DNA from: an uncultured delta proteobacterium
GTDB taxonomy: Bacteria > Desulfobacterota > Syntrophia > Syntrophales > Smithellaceae
Length of the DNA stretch: 64,000 nucleotides
Assembly (NCBI GenBank): GCA_963753975.1
Contig: CAVWEH010000002.1
Span: forward strand, 480,001-544,000
Direction: 5' to 3'
The notes under the pieces are model-generated. The model searched no databases. It worked only from the letters and a program-made list of their open reading frames with translations, and was not told the origin of the DNA. The position numbers and the translations under genes are program-made. This document shows positions 33,193 to 44,889 of the stretch, one piece after another (the first letter of the stretch is position 1; every line of letters starts with the position of its first letter).

Positions 33193-33999
33193 TCATCCCC
33201 TTAATCCTAAAACATCCTGCATATCGTATAAGCCATTTTCTTGATTAACAATCCACTTAGCCGCACGGATTGCGCCTTTGGCAAAGTTATCACGGCTGTG
33301 AGCGCGATGAATAAATTCCAGCCGCTCCCCTATTCCGCCAAAAATTACCGTGTGTTCACCGACGATATCACCGGCACGAATTGTTTGAAGTCCTATTTCT
33401 TTTTTTGTGCGCTCGCCGATCAATCCTCGCCGCGTATAAACCCCCACTTTTTCCAGATCACGCCCCAGTTTGTCGGCAATAACTTGAGCCATTTGCATAG
33501 CCGTGCCGCTGGGAGCGTCCTTTTTTAAATGATGATGGGCTTCAACAATTTCCACATCATAATCATCATTAAGAATACCGGCACAATATTCCAATACTTT
33601 CAACATAACATTTACCCCGACACTCATATTGGGGGCCAACACACAACGCGTATTTTTTGCCAATTCCTTGACTTTTTTCATTTCGGCGGCGGTAAATCCC
33701 GTAGAACCGATCACAATTGCGCGATTTTTTTCACCCGCGATTTTCAAATAATTGAGAGAAGCTTCATGATTTGTAAAATCAATAACAACGTCGGCCTCTT
33801 CAATACAATTGGTTAATTTATCGCAAGCTAAAACCCCTGTTCTACCCAACCCCAAGCCTTGGCCAACGTCACGGCCGATAATAGGATGCCCCGCTACCTC
33901 CACCGCCGCTACTACTTTGATCTCATCCATCAGGGAAATAAGGCTGATAATTCTTCCGCCCATCCTTCCACCGGCTCCGGTAACGACAGCTTTAACCAT
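33193..33999 (-). CDS. dapB: 4-hydroxy-tetrahydrodipicolinate reductase
   Basis: GAGGRMG, EAHHHLKKDAPSGTA, GDIVGEHTV. Confidence 0.97.
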   Translation of the reverse strand: MVKAVVTGAGGRMGGRIISLISLMDEIKVVAAVEVAGHPIIGRDVGQGLGLGRTGVLACDKLTNCIEEADVVIDFTNHEASLNYLKIAGEKNRAIVIGSTGFTAAEMKKVKELAKNTRCVLAPNMSVGVNVMLKVLEYCAGILNDDYDVEIVEAHHHLKKDAPSGTAMQMAQVIADKLGRDLEKVGVYTRRGLIGERTKKEIGLQTIRAGDIVGEHTVIFGGIGERLEFIHRAHSRDNFAKGAIRAAKWIVNQENGLYDMQDVLGLRG

Positions 34000-34037
34000 A
34001 AAATCATCTCCTTTAACTAGTTATTGAGAAAAGACGA

Positions 34038-34910
34038 TTAAATCAGGCCATAATTAACCATAATCTTTTTTAGTTTTTCGAAATTAGCTTCCGCCATTTT
34101 ACAGAGCGGCAATCTATATTCATACTTTATTTTGCCCATCAGCGCCAAAGCCGCTTTAACCGGAACAGGATTGACTTCAATAAAGAGCGCGTCAATCAAC
34201 GCACTCATTTTATGATGAAGTTTTTTTGCCGTTGCCATATCGCCGGCCGCAAAAGCATCGACGAGTCCGGCCATATCTGCCGGTGCCACATTCGAGATAA
34301 CGGAAATAACACCGGCACCGCCCATTGCCATTAAAGGCAAAGTAAAAATGTCGTCACCGGACAAAACCGTAAAATCCTTGCCGCAGAGACCGATAACATC
34401 GCTCATTTGCTTGATCGAGCCCGAAGCCTCCTTAATGCCGACGATATTTTTTATTTTGGATAGTCTGGCAACCATTTCCGGCATGAGATTTACACCGGTG
34501 CGGCTCGGTATATTATACGGCATTATCGGAATAGGCACATTTTCGGCAATCGCTTTAAAGTGCTGATAAAGCCCTTCTTGAGTGGGTCGGTTATAATATG
34601 GGCAGACGATAAGTGCAGCGTCAGCGCCCGCCTTATGGGCATGAGCCGTCAAACGTAAGGCCTCGGCAGTACTATTCGATCCGGTCCCGGCAATAACCGG
34701 CACCCTCTTCTTTACGGCATTGATGGTGATTTCTATAACCCGGTCATGCTCTTCATGGGAAAGGGTCGCTGATTCTCCGGTAGTCCCGCAGGGCACGATA
34801 CCGTCTGTTCCATTGACGATTTGAAATTCGATAAGTTCGCGCAAAGCTTCTTCATCGATTTGGCCATTTTTAAATGGTGTGACTATAGCAACTATTGCCC
34901 CTTTAAACAT
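34038..34910 (-). CDS. dapA: 4-hydroxy-tetrahydrodipicolinate synthase
   Basis: GTTGESATL, YNIPSRTG, IVGIKEASG. Confidence 0.97.
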   Translation of the reverse strand: MFKGAIVAIVTPFKNGQIDEEALRELIEFQIVNGTDGIVPCGTTGESATLSHEEHDRVIEITINAVKKRVPVIAGTGSNSTAEALRLTAHAHKAGADAALIVCPYYNRPTQEGLYQHFKAIAENVPIPIMPYNIPSRTGVNLMPEMVARLSKIKNIVGIKEASGSIKQMSDVIGLCGKDFTVLSGDDIFTLPLMAMGGAGVISVISNVAPADMAGLVDAFAAGDMATAKKLHHKMSALIDALFIEVNPVPVKAALALMGKIKYEYRLPLCKMAEANFEKLKKIMVNYGLI

Positions 34911-34922
34911 AGAAAATTCTCC

Positions 34923-35370
34923 TCATATTTTTTTCCCCTTAAAATTTGCTTCTACCCCGGAGGCTTCCCGACAAAGTCCACCATCATCGCAAAGCATCAA
35001 ACGGTAATTGTAGATTTTACCCAACTCAACTTTCTTGTCTGTGAAATTAAAAGTTTTAATTTTTTTGTCCTCCGTCACTGGTTCCGTGACAGGTATTTGG
35101 CCGATGCGTTCAAATGTTCTCGGACAATCCTTACAATCATTTCCGGCACTGCCAACTTCGCTTTTTTCTATGTTTATATAATTAATTAATCCGCTTTTAT
35201 CGTAAAAATCCCATTTTAAGGTTATACCATCGTCCGCTGAAACTGCTGCCAAATTCTTTACGATTTGTTGATAATCAGGGCCAGCGCTTAAGGAAACAGG
35301 ATTGGCTTTCAGACCGCAAGCGACAATAAAAATCAATAATATCAAATAGTAAAAAATTCTATATTTTACT
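34923..35370 (-). CDS. Putative lipoprotein with FN3-like domain (start uncertain)
   Basis: Hydrophobic signal with lipobox IVAC-GLKANP, ITLKW, CKDCP, FTDKKVELGKIYNYR. Confidence 0.6.
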
Positions 35371-36747
35371 TGAACTTTTTTCAATTTCCCTGATCCTTTT
35401 CCACACAGCCGCTTGTGCCGTTCCCCCCTGATGCCGGCGAGAATTAACCGCATTTGTGAGCTTTATAACATCCTGAATGTCGGAAGTAAATCCGCTGTAA
35501 TATTTCTTATAATCTTCCAGCCTTAATTCTGCCAACTCTTTTTTATTTTTTATGCAGTAAGCGATTATCCTGCCTACTATTTCATGTGCCCTACGAAAAG
35601 GCACGCCTTTTTGGACCAGATATTCCGCCACATCGGTTGCCGTAGAAAAACCACCTTGCGCCGCTTGCCGCATTTTTTCTTTATTAAACTCAGCATGTCT
35701 AATCATTTCCACGAAAATTGCCAGACACTCTTTCAGAGTATCCACACTGTCAAATAGCGGTTCTTTATCTTCTTGTAAATCACGGTTATAGGTCATGGGC
35801 AAACCTTTAAGCAGTGCCATTATCGCAAAGAGGTCTCCGTACACCCGCGCCGTTTTCCCTCTGATCAACTCCGCAATATCCGGATTTTTCTTCTGCGGCA
35901 TAATACTGCTGCCGGTCGTATAGGCATCGGATATTTCGACAAAGCCGAACTCAGCGGATTCCCAGATAATTAAATCCTCACAAAAACGGCTCAAATGCAT
36001 CATTGTCAGCGCTGCCGAAAAAATAAATTCCGCGATAAAGTCGCGATCGGCGACCGTATCCATACTGTTTTTGCTGATTGCCGGAAAATTCAATAGTTTT
36101 GCCGTTCGGCTGCGATTGATCGGCAAACTTGTGCCGGCAAGGGCTGCCGCCCCTAAAGGTAAGATGTTGACTCTGGCTTTACATTCCTGCATTCTCTGTA
36201 CGTCACGTACAAACATTTCTCGAAACGCCAAAAAATAGTGGGCGAGCAAGACCGGCTGAGCCTTTTGCATGTGCGTATAACCGGGCATGATCGTTTTGAT
36301 TTCTCTTTTCGCGAGTTTTACTAATTGCAGCTGTAACTCACCAAACAGATGAAGAATTGCATCAATTTCCCCGCGTAAAAACAGACGGATATCCAAAGAG
36401 ATTTGATCATTGCGGCTGCGCCCGGCATGAAGTTTTCCCCCGGTTTCGCCAACACGCTTGACCAACTCTTTCTCTATGGCCATATGAATATCTTCATCGG
36501 ATGCGCTGAAAGTAAATCTGCCTTTTTCTATATCCTTTAGAATATCATTGAGAGCTTTAATAATTCGCTTTGCTTCCGTGCGGCGTATTATTCCCTGATC
36601 GGCAAGCATTGTCACATGAGCGATAGAGCCTTCTATATCATATGAGTAGAGCCGCCGGTCAAAGTGAATCGACGAGGTGAATTTCTCCACATTTTTCGCT
36701 GTGGGTTTCTGAAATCTCCCGCCCCATGGTTTTTTGCTCGCCGCCAT
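35359..36747 (-). CDS. argH: Argininosuccinate lyase
   Basis: PWGGRF, HAGRSRNDQ, GSSIMPQKKNPD. Confidence 0.97.
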   Translation of the reverse strand: MAASKKPWGGRFQKPTAKNVEKFTSSIHFDRRLYSYDIEGSIAHVTMLADQGIIRRTEAKRIIKALNDILKDIEKGRFTFSASDEDIHMAIEKELVKRVGETGGKLHAGRSRNDQISLDIRLFLRGEIDAILHLFGELQLQLVKLAKREIKTIMPGYTHMQKAQPVLLAHYFLAFREMFVRDVQRMQECKARVNILPLGAAALAGTSLPINRSRTAKLLNFPAISKNSMDTVADRDFIAEFIFSAALTMMHLSRFCEDLIIWESAEFGFVEISDAYTTGSSIMPQKKNPDIAELIRGKTARVYGDLFAIMALLKGLPMTYNRDLQEDKEPLFDSVDTLKECLAIFVEMIRHAEFNKEKMRQAAQGGFSTATDVAEYLVQKGVPFRRAHEIVGRIIAYCIKNKKELAELRLEDYKKYYSGFTSDIQDVIKLTNAVNSRRHQGGTAQAAVWKRIREIEKSSSKI

Positions 36748-36765
36748 GAATTTATCTCCGCATCA

Positions 36766-37980
36766 TTAACGTTTATCTTTCAAAACATTCTGGATTCTCA
36801 GCCGTAATCCATTGAGCCTGATGAATCCCGTGGCATCCTGCTGATTGTAAACCTGATCTTTCTCAAAAGTGGCAAACGCTTCGCTATAGAGCGAATGAGG
36901 CGACTTGCGCCCGACGACTATGCAGTTACCTTTATACAATTTCAACCGTGCCGTACCGGTAACATTTTCCTGCGTGGCATCAATGTAAGCCTGCAGTGAT
37001 TTCATTTCCGGCGCATACCAGAAGCCGTTATAAACCAGCTGGGCATACTTGGATATCAACGAATCCCGCATAATCATCTCTTCCCGATCCATTGTAATGG
37101 ATTCCACCGCTCGGTGTGCCGCCCACAACACTGTCCCTCCGGGCGTTTCATAGACTCCTCTTGATTTCATCCCCACAAAGCGGTTTTCCACCATGTCCAC
37201 CCTGCCGATACCGTTTCTGCCGGCAATTATATTCAGATGATCCAGAAGTTTTGCCGGAGACATCTTTTTGCCGTCGACAGCCTGAGGATTTCCTTTTTTA
37301 AAATCAATTTCTACATAAGCCGGTTTATCCGGAGCGTCTTGGGGTGATTTCGTCAGCACAAAAATATCTTCCGGCGCTTCGGCCCAGGTGTTCTCCAAAA
37401 TTCCCCCTTCATGCGAAATATGCAAAAGATTGCGATCCGAGCTGTAAGATTTGGCTTTAGTTAGCGGTACGGGAATCTTCTGCTTTTCGGCATATTCAAT
37501 CATCGATTCGCGGGAATTGAATTTCCAGTTGTCGTCACGCCAAGCGGCAATGATTTTAATAGCGGGATTTAGAGCAATATAGGTTAGTTCGAACCTGACC
37601 TGATCATTACCTTTCCCCGTTGCCCCGTGAGAAACTGCATCTGCTCCTTCCATCTTTGCAATTTCAATTTGTTTTTTGGCTATCAAAGGCCGGGCGAGCG
37701 ACGTGCCCAGAAGATAAGTTCCTTCATAGACGGCATTGGCCCTGAGGGCCGGAAAGACAAAGTCTCTGGCAAATTCTTCCTGTAAATCCTCTATATATAT
37801 TTTACTCGCGCCGGTATTGATCGCTTTTTCTTTGAGCCCCGATAACTCTTCTTTCTGCCCCAAGTCGGCCGCAAAACAAATCACTTCGCATTTATAAGTT
37901 TCGATTAGCCACCTCAGGATAACCGAGGTATCGAGACCGCCTGAATAAGCCAAAACAACTTTCTTAATTGCTTCCGACAA
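36766..37980 (-). CDS. argG: Argininosuccinate synthase
   Basis: [36 protein letters not shown]. Confidence 0.97.
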   Translation of the reverse strand: MSEAIKKVVLAYSGGLDTSVILRWLIETYKCEVICFAADLGQKEELSGLKEKAINTGASKIYIEDLQEEFARDFVFPALRANAVYEGTYLLGTSLARPLIAKKQIEIAKMEGADAVSHGATGKGNDQVRFELTYIALNPAIKIIAAWRDDNWKFNSRESMIEYAEKQKIPVPLTKAKSYSSDRNLLHISHEGGILENTWAEAPEDIFVLTKSPQDAPDKPAYVEIDFKKGNPQAVDGKKMSPAKLLDHLNIIAGRNGIGRVDMVENRFVGMKSRGVYETPGGTVLWAAHRAVESITMDREEMIMRDSLISKYAQLVYNGFWYAPEMKSLQAYIDATQENVTGTARLKLYKGNCIVVGRKSPHSLYSEAFATFEKDQVYNQQDATGFIRLNGLRLRIQNVLKDKR

Positions 37981-37992
37981 ATTTTTCTCCTC

Positions 37993-38901
37993 CTAAAGCA
38001 ATATCTCCAATATCGCCTTTTGCACATGCAGGCGGTTTTCCGCTTCGTCAATAACGACCGAATGCGGCCCATCCATGACATCGCCGGAAATTTCTTCTCC
38101 CCGATGAGCCGGCAGGCAATGCATCACTATAACATCTTTCTTCGCTTCTTTTACAAGGCTTTTGTTTATTTGGTAATTGCTAAATATTTTTTTCCTTTTC
38201 TCGTTTTCGGATTCCTGGCCCATGCTCGCCCAGACATCGGTGTACAGGACATCCGCATCCTTGGCGGCATCCTCGGGATTTCGATAAAGCGTAATCCCTT
38301 CTTTGGATTCTTTAATTCCTTTAGCCATAATGCCCGCATCCGGCTCATAACCGTGAGGACAAGCCAGTGCCAATTGAAACGGCAGTCTCGCCGCGGCTTC
38401 GATCCAGGAGTTGGCGACATTATTGCCGTCACCGATATAAACGACTTTGAGTCCTTCGTACGAGCCTTTCTTTTCTTTAATCGTAAACAGATCGCTCAGA
38501 ATCTGACAGGGATGCGCTAGATCGGTCAAACCGTTAATAACGGGAATCGTCGCATAGCGGGCAAATTCTTCGACGCTCGCCTGGGCAAAAGTCCTGATCA
38601 TGATCCCATTTAAATAACGGGACATCATCCGGGCGCTATCGACAATAGTTTCGCCGCGGCTGATTTGCGTATCGCGGGAATTCAAGAATAGGGCAATCCC
38701 GCCTAATTGATACATGCCAACCTCAAAGGAAATCCTTGTTCGGGTGGAAGACTTATCGAATATCATTCCTAATGTTTTTCCCTTTAATGAGGTATGCGTT
38801 TTACCTTCTTTTAAATCCTTTTTCAGCTTCCTTGATTTTTTCCAGATTAATTCGAAGTCAGCCGGTTCCAGATCGTAAATGTTTAACAAATCTTTTTTCA
38901 T
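37993..38901 (-). CDS. argF: Ornithine carbamoyltransferase
   Basis: SSTRTR, HPCQ, DVWASMG, HCLPAHRG. Confidence 0.97.
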   Translation of the reverse strand: MKKDLLNIYDLEPADFELIWKKSRKLKKDLKEGKTHTSLKGKTLGMIFDKSSTRTRISFEVGMYQLGGIALFLNSRDTQISRGETIVDSARMMSRYLNGIMIRTFAQASVEEFARYATIPVINGLTDLAHPCQILSDLFTIKEKKGSYEGLKVVYIGDGNNVANSWIEAAARLPFQLALACPHGYEPDAGIMAKGIKESKEGITLYRNPEDAAKDADVLYTDVWASMGQESENEKRKKIFSNYQINKSLVKEAKKDVIVMHCLPAHRGEEISGDVMDGPHSVVIDEAENRLHVQKAILEILL

Positions 38902-40091
38902 TTACCCTCCAACGCTTCGTTGAGGATCTGCATTGCGTAATCGACATCTTGATTTGTGATAATGAGCGGCGGCACGAACCGCAGTGTCTTGCCACCCGCA
39001 CTGTTGATAAGCAACCCTTTTTGCAGGCATTTATTCACGATGTCTCCGGCTTCAATGTTAAGAGCGGCCGCAAGCATCAATCCTTTCCCCCTGACTTCAT
39101 TAATAACCTTATGCTTTTGCTGCAACTTCTTCAATTGAGATAAAAAGTAATCGCCCACGTTTCGGCAGTTTTCCAATACACCTTCCCGCAGAATAGTTTC
39201 TACCGTCGCCGTGGCTGCGGCCATAGCCAAAGGATTGCCGCCAAAAGTGGAAGCATGATTGCCGGGAGCAAAAGCTTGCGCAATTTTATCCGTCGCGAGC
39301 ATTGCCCCGACCGGAAAACCGTTCCCCAAAGCCTTGGCCAGGGTCATTATATCGGGCTGAATCCCGGAATGTTCATAGGCAAATAGTTTACCTGTCCTGC
39401 CTATGCCGGTTTGCACTTCATCGACGATGAGCAAGATATTGTGCCGGTCACAAATTGACCTCACTTTTTCCAAATAGCTAGCGTCCGGGATATTGACGCC
39501 GCCCTCACCTTGAATCGGCTCAACCATGACGCCGCAAGTTTTCTCCGATATTGCCGCCTCCAGCGCGCTCAAATCATCGAAGGGCACGTAAGTGAAGCCT
39601 TCCAAGAGCGGTGTAAATCCAAACTGAAATTTTTCCTGTCCGGTCGCCGTAATTGTGGCCATAGTCCGGCCGTGAAAAGAATCTTTCATGGTGATTAGTT
39701 CGAATTTATTGTTCCCTAATTTTTCGTGCGCATATTTTCGCGCCAGTTTTATAGCCGCTTCGTTCGCCTCCGCTCCGCTGTTGCAGAAAAATACTTTATT
39801 CGCGAAAGAATTTTCTATAAGCAGATGCGCCAGTTGCGCCTGCGGTTCCGTGTAGTACAAATTCGAAATGTGCGTCAATTTTTCCAGTTGTTCTTTGACC
39901 GCGGCAATAACGGCGGAGTGAGAATGACCCAAATTGCAAACAGCAATACCGGCAGTGAAATCAAGATATTCTTTGCCGTTTACATCCCATACCTTTCGGC
40001 CCAATCCTTTTACAATGACAACAGGAAAACGCTTATAAGTATGCATTATGTATTTATCAGCCGTATCTATCAATTCTTTTTCTTTCATCAT
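38898..40091 (-). CDS. argD: Acetylornithine aminotransferase
   Basis: NSGAEANEAAIK, DEVQTG, TLAKALG, STFGGNPLA. Confidence 0.95.
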   Translation of the reverse strand: MMKEKELIDTADKYIMHTYKRFPVVIVKGLGRKVWDVNGKEYLDFTAGIAVCNLGHSHSAVIAAVKEQLEKLTHISNLYYTEPQAQLAHLLIENSFANKVFFCNSGAEANEAAIKLARKYAHEKLGNNKFELITMKDSFHGRTMATITATGQEKFQFGFTPLLEGFTYVPFDDLSALEAAISEKTCGVMVEPIQGEGGVNIPDASYLEKVRSICDRHNILLIVDEVQTGIGRTGKLFAYEHSGIQPDIMTLAKALGNGFPVGAMLATDKIAQAFAPGNHASTFGGNPLAMAAATATVETILREGVLENCRNVGDYFLSQLKKLQQKHKVINEVRGKGLMLAAALNIEAGDIVNKCLQKGLLINSAGGKTLRFVPPLIITNQDVDYAMQILNEALEGK

Positions 40092-40113
40092 CTCCAGCCA
40101 GTCTTTTTTAAAA

Positions 40114-41004
40114 TTATAAAACTATTTCCGTGCCGATTCCTTTATCGGTAAATATTTCCAGCAAGATGGCGTGTTTCAGCCGACCATCGATAATATGCGT
40201 TTTTTTCACTCCGCCTTTCAGAGCTTTGAGGCAGCATTTGACTTTGGGAAACATCCCCCCCGCGACAATACCGTCGTCGATTAACTTCAAAGCTTTTTTA
40301 CCATTCATTGTATTAATCAGCTTTTTGTCCTTATCAATGACCCCCTGCACATCAGTTAAAAGTAAAAGCTTTTCTGCTTGCAGGGCTGACGCGACTTCCC
40401 CGGCGACGACGTCCGCATTTATGTTATAGGTCTCGCCTGCATCACCTATTCCCGTAGGCGCTATAATCGGGATAAACCCGTTTTGTGTTAAGGATAGAAT
40501 CAGTTGCGAATTGATGGTCTTTACTTTGCCGACCAAACCGATATCAATAATTTCGGATGGCGTGTGTTTAGCTTTATCTTCGCTTAAAAGATATTTTTCC
40601 GCGCCTATTAGATTGCCGTCCTTGCCGCTGAGACCTACGGCATTGCCGCCGTGGCTGTTAATCAAGCCGACAATTTCTTTGTTGACCTTTCCGACCAGGA
40701 CCATTTCCACGATATCCATCGTTTCCTGATCGGTAACGCGCATTCCCTGAACAAATTTTGATTCTTTTCCCAGCTTGCTCAAAAAATTGCCTATCTGCGG
40801 ACCGCCGCCGTGAACGACTACGGGATTAATGCCGATATATTTCATCATCACGACATCCTGGGCAAATTTATCTTTCAGCTCAGCGTCAACCATGGCATGT
40901 CCGCCATACTTGATGACAATTGTCTTATTGTAAAATCGCCTGATGTAAGGCAGAGACTCCAAGAGAATGTCTGCCCTTTCCATCGAATTTAATATATTTT
41001 CCAT
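40114..41004 (-). CDS. argB: Acetylglutamate kinase
   Basis: [28 protein letters not shown]. Confidence 0.97.
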   Translation of the reverse strand: MENILNSMERADILLESLPYIRRFYNKTIVIKYGGHAMVDAELKDKFAQDVVMMKYIGINPVVVHGGGPQIGNFLSKLGKESKFVQGMRVTDQETMDIVEMVLVGKVNKEIVGLINSHGGNAVGLSGKDGNLIGAEKYLLSEDKAKHTPSEIIDIGLVGKVKTINSQLILSLTQNGFIPIIAPTGIGDAGETYNINADVVAGEVASALQAEKLLLLTDVQGVIDKDKKLINTMNGKKALKLIDDGIVAGGMFPKVKCCLKALKGGVKKTHIIDGRLKHAILLEIFTDKGIGTEIVL

Positions 41005-41016
41005 TAAGAACTCCGC

Positions 41017-42411
41017 TTATAAGATATACCTGCTTAAATCTTCATCTTCGATGATATCACCCAATTTGTCTTCCACATCCTTGGCATCGATTTTGATTTC
41101 TTTCTCCTTCATATCCGGCGCTTCAAAAGAAATATCATCCAATAATTTTTCCATTATCGTATAGAGCCTTCTCGCGCCGATATTTTCGGTTCTTTCATTG
41201 ACCGTTGTCGCGATTTCCGCTATCGAGGCTATGGCCGCTTCCGTAAAAATTAATTTTATGCCTTCCGTAGCCATCATTTCCGTGTACTGCTTAACCAACG
41301 CATTGTTCGGTTCGGTAAGTATCCGAATAAATTCTTCCTTACCCAGCGAATCAAGTTCTACACGAATCGGAAAACGCCCCTGCAACTCCGGGATCAAATC
41401 GGAAGGTTTGGAAGCGCTGAACGCTCCGGCAGCAATAAAAAGTATATGATCCGTTTTGACCATTCCATAGCGAGTATTGACGTTCGAACCCTCCACAATG
41501 GGGAGCAAGTCTCGTTGCACGCCCTCACGCGATACATCCGGACCATGCGGCGCATCACTACCGACAATCTTATCAATTTCGTCTAAAAATACTATCCCCG
41601 ACTGCTCCACTTTTTCTATAGCTGTTTTAGTCACTTTGTCCATATCAATCAACTTTTGCGCTTCTTCTTCCGCCAACACTTCCAGAGCTTCCGGCACTTT
41701 CATGGTTCTTTTCTTCTTTTTTTGCGGGAATACATTTCCTAACATATCCCTGATATTAAGCCCCATGTCATCCATCCCGGCAGCGGAAAAGATTTCGATC
41801 ATCGGGCCGCTTCTGGCCTCGCTAACTTCCAATTCCACTATCCGGTTATCCAGTTTGCCGGCTTTGAGTAATTTTCTTAATTTCTCCCGCGTGGCATCGA
41901 AACTTTGCGGCTGCTCCTCGCTTACCTGAATATTCTCAGCTCCTCCATTTGCATCCGTCAACATGTCGTCAACCTTTTTTTCCACAGGCCTTTGAGGAAG
42001 CAAGAGATCCAGCAATTTCTCCTCAGCAATTTCTGCAGCTTTGGTGCGCACGTTCTCTTGCTCTTCCGATTTGATCATGTTTATCGAAAGCTCGACCAAA
42101 TCACGGATTATCGATTCGACATCACGCCCCACATAACCAACCTCCGTAAATTTGGACGCCTCCACTTTTAAAAAAGGCGAATTATCCAGCTTGGCCAATC
42201 GACGGGCGATTTCCGTTTTTCCCACACCGGTAGGCCCGATCATGATAATATTTTTTGGCGAAATTTCATCAGCTAATTCTTTAGACACGTTTTGCCTGCG
42301 CCATCTGTTGCGCAGGGCGATGGCCACAGCCCGTTTGGCATCCGCCTGGCCAATAATATGCCGATTAAGTTTTTCCACTATTTCCCGGGGTTTTAACCCA
42401 TCATTGGACAT
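41017..42411 (-). CDS. hslU: ATP-dependent protease ATPase subunit HslU
   Basis: [39 protein letters not shown]. Confidence 0.97.
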   Translation of the reverse strand: MSNDGLKPREIVEKLNRHIIGQADAKRAVAIALRNRWRRQNVSKELADEISPKNIIMIGPTGVGKTEIARRLAKLDNSPFLKVEASKFTEVGYVGRDVESIIRDLVELSINMIKSEEQENVRTKAAEIAEEKLLDLLLPQRPVEKKVDDMLTDANGGAENIQVSEEQPQSFDATREKLRKLLKAGKLDNRIVELEVSEARSGPMIEIFSAAGMDDMGLNIRDMLGNVFPQKKKKRTMKVPEALEVLAEEEAQKLIDMDKVTKTAIEKVEQSGIVFLDEIDKIVGSDAPHGPDVSREGVQRDLLPIVEGSNVNTRYGMVKTDHILFIAAGAFSASKPSDLIPELQGRFPIRVELDSLGKEEFIRILTEPNNALVKQYTEMMATEGIKLIFTEAAIASIAEIATTVNERTENIGARRLYTIMEKLLDDISFEAPDMKEKEIKIDAKDVEDKLGDIIEDEDLSRYIL

Positions 42412-42420
42412 ATTCTATCT

Positions 42421-42999
42421 TTACCCCTTGCCTTTATTATTTTTTTTCTCTTTTATTGGTGCTTCAACATCTATTTCTTCAATTGTTATGTGATCGTTAG
42501 TATAAATACAAATTTCGGCCGCTATTTTCATTGCTTCTTGCGCAATTTCCGTCGCCGTCATATTGGTATGCCGAACCATGGCGCGGGCAGCAGCCTGAGC
42601 ATAAGGCCCACCGGAACCGATGGCCATAACGTCATCATCAGATTCGATCACATCTCCATTTCCGGAAATTATCAATGAATAATCTTTACTTACGGCGATC
42701 ATCAACGCCTCCAAATGCCGCAATACACGGTCAGTGCGCCAATCTTTCGTCAATTCCACTGCCGCTCTCAATAAGTTGCCATTGTATTGCTCCAACTTTT
42801 GATCAAAGCGGTCAAACAAAGTAAAGGCATCTGCCGTCGCACCGGCAAAACCGACGATAATTTCATTATTATAGAGACGGCGCACTTTACGGGCGCCGTG
42901 TTTCAAAATTGTCGTATCCAAGGTAACCTGACCGTCACCAGCTACAGTTATTTTACCTTTATGCTTAACAGCTAATATAGTGGTACCCTTTATATGCAT
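42421..42999 (-). CDS. hslV: ATP-dependent protease peptidase subunit HslV
   Basis: MHIKG-TTILAV, GDGQVT, GFAGATADA, IGSGG; ATG at 42999 has an RBS; the longer ORF upstream runs through repeats. Confidence 0.95.
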   Translation of the reverse strand: MHIKGTTILAVKHKGKITVAGDGQVTLDTTILKHGARKVRRLYNNEIIVGFAGATADAFTLFDRFDQKLEQYNGNLLRAAVELTKDWRTDRVLRHLEALMIAVSKDYSLIISGNGDVIESDDDVMAIGSGGPYAQAAARAMVRHTNMTATEIAQEAMKIAAEICIYTNDHITIEEIDVEAPIKEKKNNKGKG

Positions 43000-43043
43000 T
43001 TTCCTCTCCTCTAAAAAACCAGGCCTTTCCCAATTACGGCAGT

Positions 43044-43283
43044 CCCTCGACTCGCTTCGCTCACTCAAGATAAATTCTCCTTTGGTTTTTCCCGGCGGCT
43101 TTCTGAAAAAAAGCCAAGTTCTCCTAAACCCCGGATCGTCGTGCTTCGCTTGCACAGGATCAATTCAACTAACAAATTTCAACCCGTGACCTTTAGGTTA
43201 TGCGCTTTGCTTTTGAAATTTGAGTTTCATTGATTCGACTAAAGCCTTTTCCGGCGGCTTCGCCTGGAAAAAGGCCAAGTCTC
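43044..43283. repeat. Cluster of REP-like composite palindromic units between xerC and hslV
   Basis: GCTTCGC-centred hairpins and ATTC(G/A)ACTAA-stem-loop-AGT(C/T)TC units; 43083-43123 resembles 43242-43283. Confidence 0.7.
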
Positions 43284-43285
43284 AT

Positions 43286-44200
<915 letters not shown>

Positions 44201-44235
44201 ATTTTTATACCAGTTAGTTATCAGACATAACGATA

Positions 44236-44376
44236 ACCCCACTTCGCTTCGGGGATAATTCGTTCTAAAAGTTTCATCGCGCTTCGCTTGAGGTGTCACT
44301 TATCCCGCTCCGCTACGCTTCGGGGATAATTCGACTAACGCTTCAAATTTCGCTTCGCTCGTTTTCAGCGAGTCTC
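44236..44376. repeat. REP-like composite palindromic units upstream of xerC
   Basis: Identical 18-mer CGCTTCGGGGATAATTCG at 44245 and 44316; ATTCGACTAA...AGTCTC unit matching that at 43233-43283. Confidence 0.75.
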
Positions 44377-44377
44377 A

Positions 44378-44884
44378 TTACATCTTATACTTGCCAAAAT
44401 CTTCCGCAGAAAGATTTTCCAGAAATTCCTTAATCTTATCTTCTTTCATTTTATCCAAATCACTTATTTTAATTCCGAAATCCACACTGCGCGATTTTTC
44501 AATGACTGCTTCATCGACAAATATAGGCGCATGCGCGCGCAGAGCCAGAGCAATAGCATCGCTGGGACGAGCATCAATTGTAAAATTTTGCCCTTCTTTG
44601 CTTAAATAAATATTAGCAAAAAAGGTATTGTTGCGAATATCGGCGATCACTATTTTATTCACGGCCACAGCTAAAGTTTTCAAGCATTCGTTAAACAAAT
44701 CATGGGTCATCGGCCGGGAAAAAGCTATTTTTTCCAGTTCTGTGGCAATAGCACTGGCTTCAAACAAACCTATCCAGATAGGAATGGCTTTATTTTCCTG
44801 CATGTTTTTCAATATGACGATGGGTGTATTGGTAATGGGATCAATTGTTAATCCCGAAACCTTCATTTCAATTAACATTACCAA
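44378..44884 (-). CDS. Bifunctional nuclease family protein (DUF151)
   Basis: IPIWIGLFEA, RPMTHDL, IDARPSDAIALALR. Confidence 0.9.
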   Translation of the reverse strand: MVMLIEMKVSGLTIDPITNTPIVILKNMQENKAIPIWIGLFEASAIATELEKIAFSRPMTHDLFNECLKTLAVAVNKIVIADIRNNTFFANIYLSKEGQNFTIDARPSDAIALALRAHAPIFVDEAVIEKSRSVDFGIKISDLDKMKEDKIKEFLENLSAEDFGKYKM

Positions 44885-44889
44885 CCTCC

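Noticed and set aside
43000..43155. N-terminal extension of HslV in the ORF track (likewise XerC 44201-44299 and MiaB 46225-46236)
   Set aside because: These are read-through of repeat or MITE DNA; better starts are 42999, 44200 and 46224/46215
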